Both the position numbers and the translations under genes were made by a program. A DNA stretch of 59,795 nt, filler included, from Sphacelaria rigidula (taxonomy: Eukaryota): NCBI GenBank assembly GCA_964200075.2. It is 10 parts of 10 records of this genome, joined end to end, with 100 filler letters (N's around TTAATTAATTAA, not from the genome) between each part and the next. Parts side by side here need not be neighbours in the genome. Positions count along the whole stretch, not along the records: positions 1 to 5,890 come from CAXNAA020023698.1; positions 5,991 to 11,880 come from CAXNAA020023699.1; 8 more parts are not named here. One strand, given 5' to 3'. Numbering within the stretch: position 1 is the first letter of the stretch; each line of letters starts with the position of its first letter. Below the pieces are notes generated by a model. It saw nothing but the letters and a program-made list of their open reading frames with translations, did not search any database and had not been told where the DNA came from. This document shows positions 1 to 11,221 of this stretch, in pieces.

Positions 1-359
1 CCCCCCCCCCCCCCCCCCTCCCCCCGGGTTTATCGGAGTGAGGCAAAAACAAACCCTTCAGTGGCACTTCTTTTTCGAATTTGAATGGGCATCAGCTCAA
101 CGGGTGCTGACCCTTTCTGTGTGCGGTGGACACGCGTCTCACACAAACCATGTTTTCTCGCCGAATTCTGAAAAGGTTTCCGCAAGGCCTCGAACAAAGT
201 GGTGATTCCATGAGCTGCTACAGCTTTGCCAAACTGTGCCATGAACCATTACGCAACGCTTATGGGTATCACCGGTGCCCATGTATCTTTCTTGTCGATC
301 CATTGAGCGTGGCGGCGATCGTCGCCGAAAATCCTGTGTGTCTACATATATATATATAT

Positions 360-692
360 TATTCATTTCATGATATCGTTTTATTCTATCGTTTTGTAGT
401 TCTTCTCCGTCCCATTCCTTTCCCTTCCTGCTTGGCTATGTTTCATTGTTCCTCTGCTTTCAGTTTTCGGTTCACGTTTGTTTTTGATTTGTTTGTTTCA
501 GTTTTTGTTCCTGAGTTTACTCTATTTGTTCCACCCCTCTTTGTTTTTTTCCCCATGTTCCTTGACTTTCCTCCATTTTAAGAGAGGATTTTCATTTCGT
601 CTATTTTGGGTACATCTATCTTGTGGATAATGACCACCACTGGGCCCTTCGGGGATCACTCTGTGTACATCAATCAATCGAATCAGTCAAAT
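360..692 (+). mobile_element. Diverged 3' end of a LINE/SINE family with stem-loop and (TCAA)n tail
   Basis: Pyrimidine-rich body, then gggtacatctatc...accactgggcccttcggggatca...caatcaatcgaatcagtcaa. Homologous to 38448-38641 (-), 39386-39652 and 52905-52976. The tail resumes at 1289-1310 after the TRIM insertion. Confidence 0.65.
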
Positions 693-1284
693 TGTGAAAA
701 GGTGGTTCCTTGACAGGCACTTGTGGGAATTCGTCCCTTTTATGTATGTGGTGGGTCTTACATCACCCCCCCCCCCCCCCCCCGCCCCCCCCCCCGGCGG
801 TTTCAGCGGCGACGTCGTTTGACTCGCTACCCCCTGAAAGCCTTCAGCGCACAACCACNNNNNNNNNNTGTCTGTTCGGATTGCGTTTTGGGGTCTTCTC
901 TTTTTTTTTGGGTGTGGGGTTTCTTCCCCCCCCCCCCCCCCCCCCCCCCTCATGAACCAACCCCTTGGAGGTTTGTAGGAGTATCCTTTTACACCGGCTA
1001 GCGGTTGAAATCTTGCCTTTGAAGTCACATATCTTTTACGTGTGTTGGGTCACCCAACCAACAATCGCCGCAGGAGGTTTCCCGTGAGTTTTGAGCTCTG
1101 CTTCAAAGGGTATCCACCATTTATGTTGGCTCCCATCATTTTGGTGGCATCCGGGATTTGAACCCGAGACTTTGTGTTCGTGCAGCGTTCGAGCTATCTC
1201 ATTGGTGTCGCCAGTGTGAAAAGGTGATTCCTTGATAGATTGTAGCGGAAATTTGTCCCTCGTATGTATGTGGTGGTTCCCACA
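693..1284 (-). mobile_element. TRIM (miniature non-autonomous LTR retrotransposon)
   Basis: Two diverged 70-bp TG...CA direct repeats (693-762, 1215-1284) and a 4-bp TSD AAAT (689-692, 1285-1288). On the minus strand the 5' LTR is followed by C-TGGCGACACC (PBS-like) and the 3' LTR is preceded by a poly-G tract (PPT). Contains a 10-N gap at 859-868. Confidence 0.8.
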
Positions 1285-1705
1285 AAATCAATCGAATCAA
1301 TTAAATCAATACTATGAGTGCTTTATTGATGAGCGTTTGGAATTTTGTTATCGGAATAACAGACTAAGGAATGAGAGAAACATACCTGTGTAAAGCAGAA
1401 GGCCATAAAAATGCGGTCTCGCGGCAGCGTCCGCCTACTTCTCTAGGACACACAAATGCAAGGGGAAAACCCACCCCCGGGACCTCGGTTTGTACATTCG
1501 ACGCAAGGTAGCTTAAGTAAGGCACTACATTTCCCACGGTGTGACAGCAACATGTTCCCATCTAGTGCGTTAAAAAAACCCATCAAATATCTATCTTTTT
1601 ATTCTTCTATGTATATGCCTTCCCGGCACAATGGTGAGGTATGACATGCTGCCACCTCATGGCGCGTGTTTTTTCCCCCCCTGGTCGTCTCTCGACTATA
1701 CACAG

Positions 1706-2501
1706 GTACCTGCGACACAGGGCGAGGCCATTATTTACTCTGGAGAATGACGCTGATGGTACGGCTCGTGGGTCAAGCACTAGAAGCGACATCGAAACTG
1801 GCAATAGCGTCAGAAACAGTGCGGAAGAGACGATCGCGTCGTCCTGGGAGAGGCGGGGTTTGCTCGTGCTGCTGAGGGCGCGATACGATAATGCTCGAGA
1901 TGATGACACCGCCCGTCAACTGTGTCCTCAAAACATTTGTTCCGAAATCCAATATACCCACGGGAAGTTCAGCGGTAGTACCAGTCGTAGTAGTAGTACT
2001 AGAAGTAGCTGTACTACGAGGAGTACAAATACACTTCCTCTTGGTCATGATGATGTCGAGCTGTTCGATTGTGATATCAGCGACAATGAGAACCATAACA
2101 TCAGGGAGTGCTCCACGATCCACCCTGCCGTCGTGGTCACCTCTCATGAGGATTCAGATTTTTACTGCCGCCGACAAGACGGCAGATCGAGCAGAGATCG
2201 AAGAGGAATAGTAACAGCACGAAGCCTATTTTGGTCCTTGTCAATGCCGAAAATTTGGGGGGTGGCGCGTCGAGCTGGACGTCAACATACAAGAAAACAA
2301 GAATGCTCCTGTGGCAGCAGCAACGATGATCATAACAACGGCGGTTGTGGTCGTTCGTGGGGGAAATCGTTCGCATTTTTCACGAGTTGTGGGTTTTTCA
2401 CGGGCAGGCGGCAAGATGAGCGACGACTGAGAGGTGTTCTGTCGTTTGCGGTGTCTGTGGAAGAACACGGGATATTCCGAAACATTGTTGGGTATTTGTA
2501 G
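1706..2501 (+). CDS. Probable terminal exon of a brown-algal ankyrin-repeat family protein (possibly pseudogene)
   Basis: Long open frame after acceptor cacag|. Motifs SWERRGLLVLLRAR and C-terminal VEEHGIFRNIVGYL* resemble the WxRRGxLV...EEGIFRxIVGFL tail I recall from Ectocarpus ankyrin proteins. A phase-compatible upstream donor lies at 1507|1508. Family call is from recall, not a search. Confidence 0.5.
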
Positions 2502-3554
2502 ACACATGCATCATGTGAAGAAAAATGGAGGTTGTCTTCGTCATGTACCTGTATTTAACAGGGGATTCTGAGAAACGAGAATCCAAATTTCATGTGTTTC
2601 ACGATTTTTTTTCTATGTTGGGAACTGAGGGAAATGGTACCCCACGAAGCAAACTGAGGAAATTTCATGTGTTTCATGTTGGGAACTGAGGCGCCTTCGA
2701 GGGATACCTTGCTTCGTTTGCTTCGACGGTGTTCGGGTTTGTGGGTGATGATAACCTCGAAGGCACCTTCGAGAGACTTGGAGGTTCGAAAACATGTTTC
2801 TGGGGGTCTCCAGTTCCCTTAAGATGCCTTCGAGGGATACTATTTCCCACAACTCGTGACACATCACTGAAAACATAATTGTGTTCATTTTTCGCAACCA
2901 TGTTGAAATTTACTATTAGAAGGATAAGTAGCACGCAGTTTTATGACGCACAGTAGTGCTTGTACACACATACACAGGTGAATGAAGTGTACCACGTGTA
3001 CAAAAAATAAAGCAGGAGATGTTCTAATTTATGCGCACTCTTTGAATGATAATGGAGGGAGTTTTTATAGATTTGCGTGGCACCCATGATCGTGAGAGAT
3101 CAATCGAACGGGTGAACGGCGTCGTTTCAATTTTGCACATGCAGAAATACTTTTTCAAGATACAATACGTGGGGAAGTTGTTAGCTCTATATTTGATAGT
3201 GTGTTTTCATCGTAGTACATCTGTACACAAGCAAATAACGCTCGTCATTGATTAGACTTGAAAAAATTCAGCAGTCCGTGGTAAAATAATTGGATGTTAG
3301 ACAAACCTTTTGCTGCACAGAGTACCCGACTATTTTGTTGCCGGGGAGTTTGCGAGGTAGATATTTGTTTTGATGGTGTGAAGGGAGGGGTTTCAGACGG
3401 TAACGAGAGAACAGTCTTTCTTTGAATTTTTATAATTAAAACGTTGCTTTTATCATGTTTACTCTGTTATCTCTGTTATCTCTGTTATCTCTGTTTATAG
3501 TAAAGCCATTTCTCGATTTTCTTCAGCGAGTAGTTTTCCCAATGTTTTGATCGC

Positions 3555-4019
3555 TAGGGTACGGTTTTCTGTATACCCGGGATAGGCTCCCGAGTATTTA
3601 CCGTACCCAACAGTTCTGTGACTTCTGTGAGACTTTCATACCAGTACCCGACAGTTTGATGAACTCTGTAAAACTTTCATACCGGTACCCAACACTTCTG
3701 TGAGCTCTGTAAGCCTTCCGAACCGTTACCGGGGGGCACGGGTATGCTCTTGATGAGATACCCGGTTGAGGGTAAGGTTCTCTGTGCAACCTCCATACCC
3801 TACCCGGCAGTTCTGTGAGTTTTGTACGTAATGTTTACCCGTACCCGCGGCGCGGGTATGCCCTTGAAGAAATACCCAATTGCCGATAGGGGTTTCTGTA
3901 AGCCTCCCATGCCTTACCCGACAAGTTCTGTAATTTCTGCAAGACTTTCATATCAGTACCATATGTTTCTGCAAGTTCTGTAAGGACTCTCATGCCCTAC
4001 AGAACATACCCGTACTCTA
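3555..4019. mobile_element. hAT-like non-autonomous element with ~41-bp TACCCG-rich internal repeats
   Basis: Termini TAGGGTACGG ... CCGTACTCTA with repeated ttctgt..agactttcataccrgtacccr units. A partial reverse copy lies at 23698-23860. No 8-bp TSD visible. Confidence 0.55.
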
Positions 4020-5400
4020 TAGAATACAAACTTGAGCGTTTCAGTTCATGTCCGTCTGGTACCTTGATATCTTTACCATGGCTGGATGCGAGTCATGCGA
4101 CGGCAGAGGTTGAACATTTGGGCCCAAATGGTCTCTCATTGAGGGTCTGCAAAAGTCAGGAGCTATGGGACGGTTGTGTCCTTTCGGTATCTCCAGGGGC
4201 AAGCGAGGTGCGCAGCAGACAAGTAAACTACAGTATGCTACAGTTGGGGCATTATTACGCCGAGCGCATAAACGTCGAGTTTGATGCAGCACTGTATCAG
4301 GTCTAGACTCACGTCGAGAAGAGCCTTGGAGTGCAAGAGGGATCTCGCAAGAAAAACGGTGGCTGATATCACTTACAATAGTGGTCTGCTTGCTGAGGCT
4401 GCCTTTTCGTTGTTGTAATCAAAGAGGGGGTAGAAACACCTGCTGGAATGAGACCTTTTGTACCCTACATGAATGGAATACTGCATACTGTACGCGGAAT
4501 AGGTCCTTCAAAACGTCTCTTACGCGTGCAGTGCATACCACCCGCAACATCCCCCCCTATTCTTCCGCGTTTTCGCAGCAGGGGTTGGAATGATTTCGAC
4601 GCAAACGGAACACAGCGGTTCTAATTTAAGGGTAACATACAAAAAGGGGGTACACCTAGGTGCTTTTGGAACAAACAAAGGGTAACGCATTTTTCGGCTT
4701 TGGGCGCGGCGCTACATGCGTGCCCGACACCTCGAAGCACGTTCCAGCGCCTCAGCCACACGCCCAAGGTGTGTGGGCAGCGTGCCCGACCTTTTGTTTT
4801 TAACTTTCACACGTGGTTCTAGGCTTAGCTACGTCGGGGAAAAAAACAGCCTGTGAGAGTACTATTTTTGTAAACGAACCAGGAGGGTACACGCTGCTTT
4901 ATGCCAAAAAACATCTGTTACGGCAGATACCGACGGTATGTGTAGTAGGCGTTTTGCAGTACGCGTGGCAAGTGCAATAGGTCTTATTCCATTCGCATGT
5001 TGGGTGTTGTATTCCAATCCGGCGTCCTTGACCGGAGCCCACCGCCCACACAACTTCCAGCACCCAGCAACTCTCGTTTAGCTGCCTAGCTAAGACTAAT
5101 TAATAACAGCTATCAGCCACCACTTGGAGACATCTCGCTTGCAAGTAAGTCAAGAGCACCTATTCTGCACGGGAAAGTGAGTCCCTGCTTGGCCTTGCGA
5201 TGCAGTGCTTATCGGACTCGATGGTCTGTTACTCACGAGCTCAAGTGTTATTCCTCTCGACTGCGATTGTTCAATGTGGCAGGCCGCTGACCTCGTGTCA
5301 CCCCGGGCCGGGCGTGTGCTTTGAGAGTGATGCCAGTATCACCTTCATCAGACCACGACATGGTGATCAATCGAGAATGTAAGCAGTAGTGCATAGTCGC

Positions 5401-5890
5401 ATCATTAAGCTGCGAGTCTGCGTAAAAACGCAAACGAGCCACACGGGCGGTCTGAACACGACCCGAAACACTGTTTTGAATCTCAAAAACGTGCGGGTGG
5501 TGAGCAGCAACCACTCTCCATGAACCAGTCCGCGTCGCCATCAACTTGGGCGTAACACCCCGACGACGCACGCGTACATACAAGACATAGTCGCCTACCT
5601 CAAACTTCGACACTTCCAGCCCCGATGACCGACTTCATTCTGCGTTGTCCCATGGACCGTTTCGCCGAGCGGGCGGGGAACAACACCGGTCCACCTCGAG
5701 TCAGCACAGTGAAGGCCCTGGCGGACGAATTCGCGCACACGAGTTTCTATCCCCTGCCAGACACAAAACTCTTGCAAGCGCACGAGCGTCGCAGCCACAC
5801 CACGGTGGCCGGCGTCGCGCATGTGCGCGAAACTCATCACACGTACCTGCAACTGCTTGTCAGAACTCTCAATCCACAAAACGTTTCGGC
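5401..5890 (-). pseudogene. Ty3/gypsy integrase remnant with internal deletion of the catalytic core
   Basis: Zn-binding region (AHMRDAGHRG...LHCADS) joined directly to the GPY/F-type region (FEVGDYVL...TGSWRV...RLRFYADS). Same family as 12051-14247. Confidence 0.85.
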
Positions 5891-5990
5891 NNNNNNNNNN
5901 NNNNNNNNNNNNNNNNNNNNNNNNNNNNNNNNNNTTAATTAATTAANNNNNNNNNNNNNNNNNNNNNNNNNNNNNNNNNNNNNNNNNNNN
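5891..5990. other. Artificial scaffold-joining linker (first of nine)
   Basis: N44-TTAATTAATTAA-N44 (stops in six frames). Identical copies at 11881, 17871, 23861, 29851, 35840, 41829, 47818 and 53807. Confidence 0.98.
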
Positions 5991-6626
5991 GGGAGTGTAC
6001 TCATGATCATAAAACGGGAGGGGGGGGAATATAAGAAAAAATGGGGGGGGGGGGGGTTGATGCTGATTCCGTGCTTGTTTTTGCTAGACGCGCGGTGCGG
6101 GTAGTCCATCGGATCACCCATACTTTTTCAAGTGAATATTGATGCCGATTCAGTAGGTGACCTACCCTCGCGGTCAAAGGGTTTTAAAGGTGCTGAGCGG
6201 TTTTGTTCAGCCGGTCGCCGAGGGAAGTAGTGACTTGATAGGGGTATGATGCGTGATGGTCGTCTTAGTTGTAACATGCGGAGACTTGACAAACTGTTTT
6301 ACTTGGTTTGACTTTGAGGAAATTCGGAGTGTTCCGAAGAATCTAGGTGTCAGGGCTTCGAATAATGGGGCATGCGTACTGTGTGCGACGTACGATCTTG
6401 TTCACGTGACGCAGGTGGGTAGATGCTGGGTGCAAGCCAAATAAGCTACCTTCGGGGGGTATGGTTTAGTACGATGTGTCAAGTATGACGTGCGATTGCC
6501 TGGACCGACGCTTTGTGTAGGCTGTGTTGTTTGTAGTGTTCGATGGCACATGATGCGCCCATACATGCTTCCGTTTTGACGTTTTACATATTTTTTCTGG
6601 TGTTGAGAGAGCCCGACTAAAGCCAA

Positions 6627-7085
6627 TTCTAATGGGCGCCGTTCAAAATTCCTGTCGAAAACTGCCTTTTGGGTCCTTCTCCGTCGATTTACGCCCGAAA
6701 AGAGGGCTAGGTGGATGTTGACGCCTTGGAATGACTTGCTCTACTCGTCGAGACCCTTCTACGGCAATTTTGTATTTCCCGCTGGCCGCACTTTTGTTTT
6801 GGCCAAATGAGGCCAAACACAGATTTTCAGTAAAAAACGGTCAGGTGATCAAAATTTCCCCCTTGTTTTTCATCGCCTGACCGTTTTTTGTTGGCAATCC
6901 GTGTTTGGCCAAAAATGAAGGTGCGGCCAGCGGGAAATGCAAAGTTGCCCTGGAACGGCCTCAATGAGTAGAGCAAGTCGTTCCAAGGCGTCAGTATCCG
7001 CCTAGCCCTCTTGTCAGGCGTGAAACGACGGAGAAGAATCGAAAAGGCACTTTTGAACAGAAATTTTAAACGGCTCCCATCGGAG
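6627..7085. repeat. Long imperfect palindrome (foldback/MITE-like)
   Basis: About 225-bp arms (6627-6854 vs 6867-7085) around a ~12-nt loop. A diverged homologue of the left arm lies at ~17370-17550. Confidence 0.9.
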
Positions 7086-8544
7086 TCGGTATTACCCCGG
7101 ATATTCCACGTTACCTACCGGTAATTACCGCTACCTCGAAAGAACCAAAGTGCCCCATCTCCGGGGCTTCCGTGCCTCACCGTGTTGTTGTGTTCTGCGC
7201 GTTTCTCGGCGTAAAAATGTAAAAAGGTTGTTGTCGGGTGCTGCCCTCTCTACAGCTGCATGTGTTGTCATCTATGATGCGGGAGCACCGTCACTGGAAA
7301 CCCGGAACATCACCCGGGAAATACCGTGTTACCTACCCCCCACCTCATTACCGGTAATTACCGGTAACCAGTGATGCACATCCCTGATTTTTGGAGACCC
7401 CAATTCTGAAAACTTCGGGAAAACTCAAATTCGCGAACTGATAATCGGGAGGACCGTTTTATCGTACAGGCGGTATCACAGATTTGTGAAACAGTTTTGT
7501 ACACAGATGGCCATTTTCTGGATGAGTGTGGTACTGCTTACTCGTGCATGAAGCTAAAGAGCAGGCACGCGGTGAATGATCCTTCGAGTACAGTGCCGTA
7601 CCTTGGTACCCTAGCGTGATACAGTGCGCAGGACACTCCATCAGTACAGTACATGATAATGCCGTGCGGTAGTACATGATGGTACAGTCGGTATTGCGAG
7701 AACACTGAAGAAGCAGTGCACGAGCAGAGTTCAGTAGTGCAGTGCCATACATCACCCCTCAATTACAGCGCAACAAAGTAGGAGACTAGACTATAATAGC
7801 ATTCGTTATAGTGATACATGCGGCAGCCCAGCGTAGCATAAAATATTACCATCGCCGCAGGGTACGGCGTCAACACTTGTAATCCGCTTGTCAAACCCGT
7901 GCGAAGCTGCTTCAGCAGCTGGCGCGGGCAGGCACGCCCTGCGCTGTCACGAGGCTGTCTTCAGCTGCGGTTGCAAAAGTATCAAACACCTTGTACCCCA
8001 CCATTGTACGTCAATGCACGAACGTCACGTGAAAAAAATGGAGGTAAGTCACCATCTCCGAACGGTTTCCCCCGATTGTTTCGAAAAATTCGGGGGGAAA
8101 CGTTCCGATATCGTGATACCCCAATTTTTTCTCCCCCGAGTGGGTCCAAATCGGGGTCCAAAAAATGCATTCCCTTATTTTGTTCTCCCCATGCTCGGAG
8201 AAATTGAGATTGGTGACTGCCATGAAAGATGGTCTAATAAATAGGGGGTATCTCCAACTCGAGACTTCCGGCATTTTTCACAGTGATTTACAGATGAATT
8301 CATCCGGAACCCCTAACGATCCTCGTATCCCTTTGGTCCTGAAAGACACCATAATGCGGCGTGACATGTGGGTGGCTCCCGCTTGTTAGATGCAGCTCAC
8401 GCCTGCCCACCATCTCCTTGTACTGCCGTGATTTTGACCCCATATTCTCGGTGCATCACTAATGTAATGAGGGCGCGTGAGCTGTCATATTGATTGCTGA
8501 AAAGCCCGACCCGGCCTGACATGCATACCCAGTTGGAGTTATAA

Positions 8545-9056
8545 TGTGTGTGTTGTTGTTCGTGTTGTCATCCCATACGTTCTCAACGTCGGTCTACACC
8601 TTTCGGTGTATGTGGGCGCCCCAGTCGGGGTCACACCGGAAGAAGGCCAACACAGGAGTTTTTCCTTCACCTTCCTTCTGCGGTGCTTGCCTTCCCTTTT
8701 TATCGCGAGAGGGGTTCAGCGGTCCCTTTCCCTCGTCGACCGTGAAGCCGAATTTCGTGTACGCAAGACGTAAGCCACTCTCCACTGTTGGGCACTGTGT
8801 GATGAAAAATCCAAGATCGCTGCGAGACTCGAACGCACGACCCAACCGTCAGAAGGTTTCGAGGTTACCAGACATATCAAACGGTCCTTTTCCCTCGTTG
8901 ACCGTCGAGTCGAATTTTGCGTACCTACGACGTGGTCGCTCTCCACTGTTGGGCATTATGTGAAAAAAAAATCCCAGATTGTCCCGAGACTCGAGCCCAC
9001 GACCCATTTGACGCAATGTTTCTAGGTTACCATCTGAGCCACTGGCGCGACCGGCC
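8545..9056 (-). mobile_element. tRNA-derived SINE, family A, with internal partial duplication
   Basis: Minus-strand head with A box TGGCTCAGATGG, B box-like GGCTCGAGTC and (AAC)/(AC) tail. Segment ~8720-8870 repeats at ~8882-9031. Homologues at 40143-40637 and 58752-58985. Confidence 0.8.
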
Positions 9057-9645
9057 TAAAATGGTATTCGTCGCATTATTATAGAGTGCTACCGTTGCTG
9101 TTGCACTGTAATCTCATCACGGACAGTACTGATCTCCTCGTTGACCTGTCTTCGCCGGCAAAATGACCAGGATAATGCTGCCTGAACGTGTATGGCGTTC
9201 AAATTGCGTTAAACATCTTCACGGTTAAGACGAATCATCACGGGTTCGAATCACCAAATCCGCGATTTCTTCTGCCTGATTGCCCAACAGGGAGAAAAAT
9301 GTTCACCGCTGGTCCAAGGGGTATCCACGCAACTTTCGCGCCATTCCACGTGTCTGGGCTGCGTATACCTGGGTTGCAACGTTGAAAACAAAGCCTCGGG
9401 ATTGACCGTACGATTCGAATCAATTTTACTAAATCCAAGTAATTTCCAGACGAAGAATTGATTTATCCGACCCTTGAACAGCTTTCTAGCAACCTCGTGG
9501 TGCAACGGGGTAGGACCCGGAAAGGCGAGGGCGTGATGGACCTGTCCACCCGGAATGCAGCAACAGAATACACAGATTCAAACACCGGTTGTTGAAATGC
9601 TCGAGAAGAGGATAGAAAAAGAGCTGTTCGACCCATGGCTTCACA

Positions 9646-9850
9646 ACAGAGAGTTTCGGAAAACGCTTTTTTTGTCATTTCAGCGTGCAAATATCTCAAG
9701 ATCAGAGTGACAAAAAAAAAATCCCCTCCGTCGAATATGGATCCCCTTGACTTTTTGTGGATGAGTTTTTTTTTTCAATTCTGCACCCTGCTCCTGAGAT
9801 ATTTCCACTATGAATTGACAAAAAAGCGTTTTCCGAAACTCTCCGATGTA
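9646..9850. mobile_element. MITE with ~50-bp terminal inverted repeats (Tc1/mariner-like)
   Basis: gagagtttcggaaaacgcttttt.tgtcatttca (from 9649) is the inverse of tgaattgacaaaaaagcgttttccgaaactctc (to 9843). Ends are compatible with a degenerate TA-CAG terminus. Confidence 0.75.
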
Positions 9851-10400
9851 CACTCTTGGTCACAAGCACACGCTATTTTGCCACGAGCAACTACGCGTGC
9901 CATGACGCTGTACTCTGCTGTTGTATCTGCGCGGACTGCTGTATGCTGTGTTGTGAAAATTGCTGAGGTATCTCGCCCTCTTCGACGTTTTCTGTTACCG
10001 GGGTCATCAACGGCATGATTGCTCGTAGTAGGTCGCTGTCGAACTGAACAAAAGACACTCGGTTGCTCAGTGCAAAGTTGCAACATGCTGGCTTTCCGTC
10101 CGTCATGTGTTCACATGAACGCACTACATCACCAGCTACAGACTTCACAGACGGTGCGGTAGCGTACACTTGTAGAAACAGCGCAGAAAGAAAGTAGGTC
10201 GCTGCTGGATTGTTTATGCCGCTCACACTTCGAAAGTGTGCAAAGGTGTGCTGGGTGGGGTATTTCCTACTATGTATGGGTATTTTGGAAAGTCGTACTC
10301 TACGCACCCAAAACTTGGGGTAGAGTTTTGCGATCGCGTACTCAGCAATACCCAGGTATTAGACAGAGTATCGTATCTAAGGCCCATTATGATCGAAACA

Positions 10401-11221
10401 GTTTTTTTTAGATCTCCAACGGCAGGTCGAGTAGAGTAAAGTGTACTCTTTTGCGGGGTATTTTGAAAGTCGTTCTTAGAGTACACAAATTGGGGGTCAG
10501 GGTTTTGGATATCGCTTTCCAGTTATTTTTTGCGTACGACTCCCAACACTCTACTAGCTGGGGGCTGCTAAAACTTGCTCACACCACAGCTTCCCCAGTT
10601 TCTCGAATGAACCCGATGTAAGCGTATCACTGTGAAGTGTAGACCAACCTGGTGACACACGGCACCGCCGCTGAATAGTTGGGGGAAAAAATGATTGCAT
10701 AATGTATGACCTTAAGGACGGACGAAAAAAAAGGATATGTCGGGATTCGAACTCATGACCTCCATGATTGGAGTCTCCCATCACTTGATTTATAGAGGTG
10801 CAACATAGTCACGGAAAATGTAAAACGCACTGCTCAATTCGACGAGTCTTGAGCTGAAATTGTAGGAAGACCTTCTGCACCCAAGGAACTGATACTTCAC
10901 GTGTCCAGCTGCAGATTCTTCTTTTTCCCCTGGACTAATGACATTATCTTGTTTTTTGCTGAAATTTCAAATGCCCATACCTTTTTTTTTCTTTGCTGGT
11001 CCCATGATCTTCTGCATTTGGATCGTAAAAAGCTGCTGTCAAAAATTCCAGCGTCCAACTCCTAATATAGCGCCGTGCGTCGCCTGAGCGAGATTCACAC
11101 TTACTCTTGGGTGGCCCAGCTCGTATACGAATTTGAGTATCTATAATAGTACGTCTTTCAAAATACTCCGCACTTGAGTATACTCTACTCCACCTGCCCT
11201 TGGAGATCTCCGAAAAAAATT
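10401..11221. repeat. Pair of ~85-bp inverted repeats enclosing ~650 bp
   Basis: Reverse complement of 10401-10492 aligns to 11140-11221 (tttcaaaatacyccgca...tactctactc.acctgcc.ttggagatct). The enclosed region contains a SINE. Confidence 0.7.
10616..10790 (-). mobile_element. tRNA-derived SINE, family B (partial)
   Basis: B box GAGTTCGAATCCC on the minus strand. Body (ataatgtatgaccttaa.gacgga) is shared with 20671-20885. Confidence 0.65.

Noticed and set aside
5935..5946. TTAATTAATTAA recurring every ~5.99 kb as a biological motif
   Set aside because: Always centred in 88 Ns; it is a six-frame-stop assembly spacer.
7369..8461. hAT-like element bounded by CAGTGATGCAC / GTGCATCACTA
   Set aside because: Only a 10-11-bp inverted match and the flanking 8-mers do not form a TSD.
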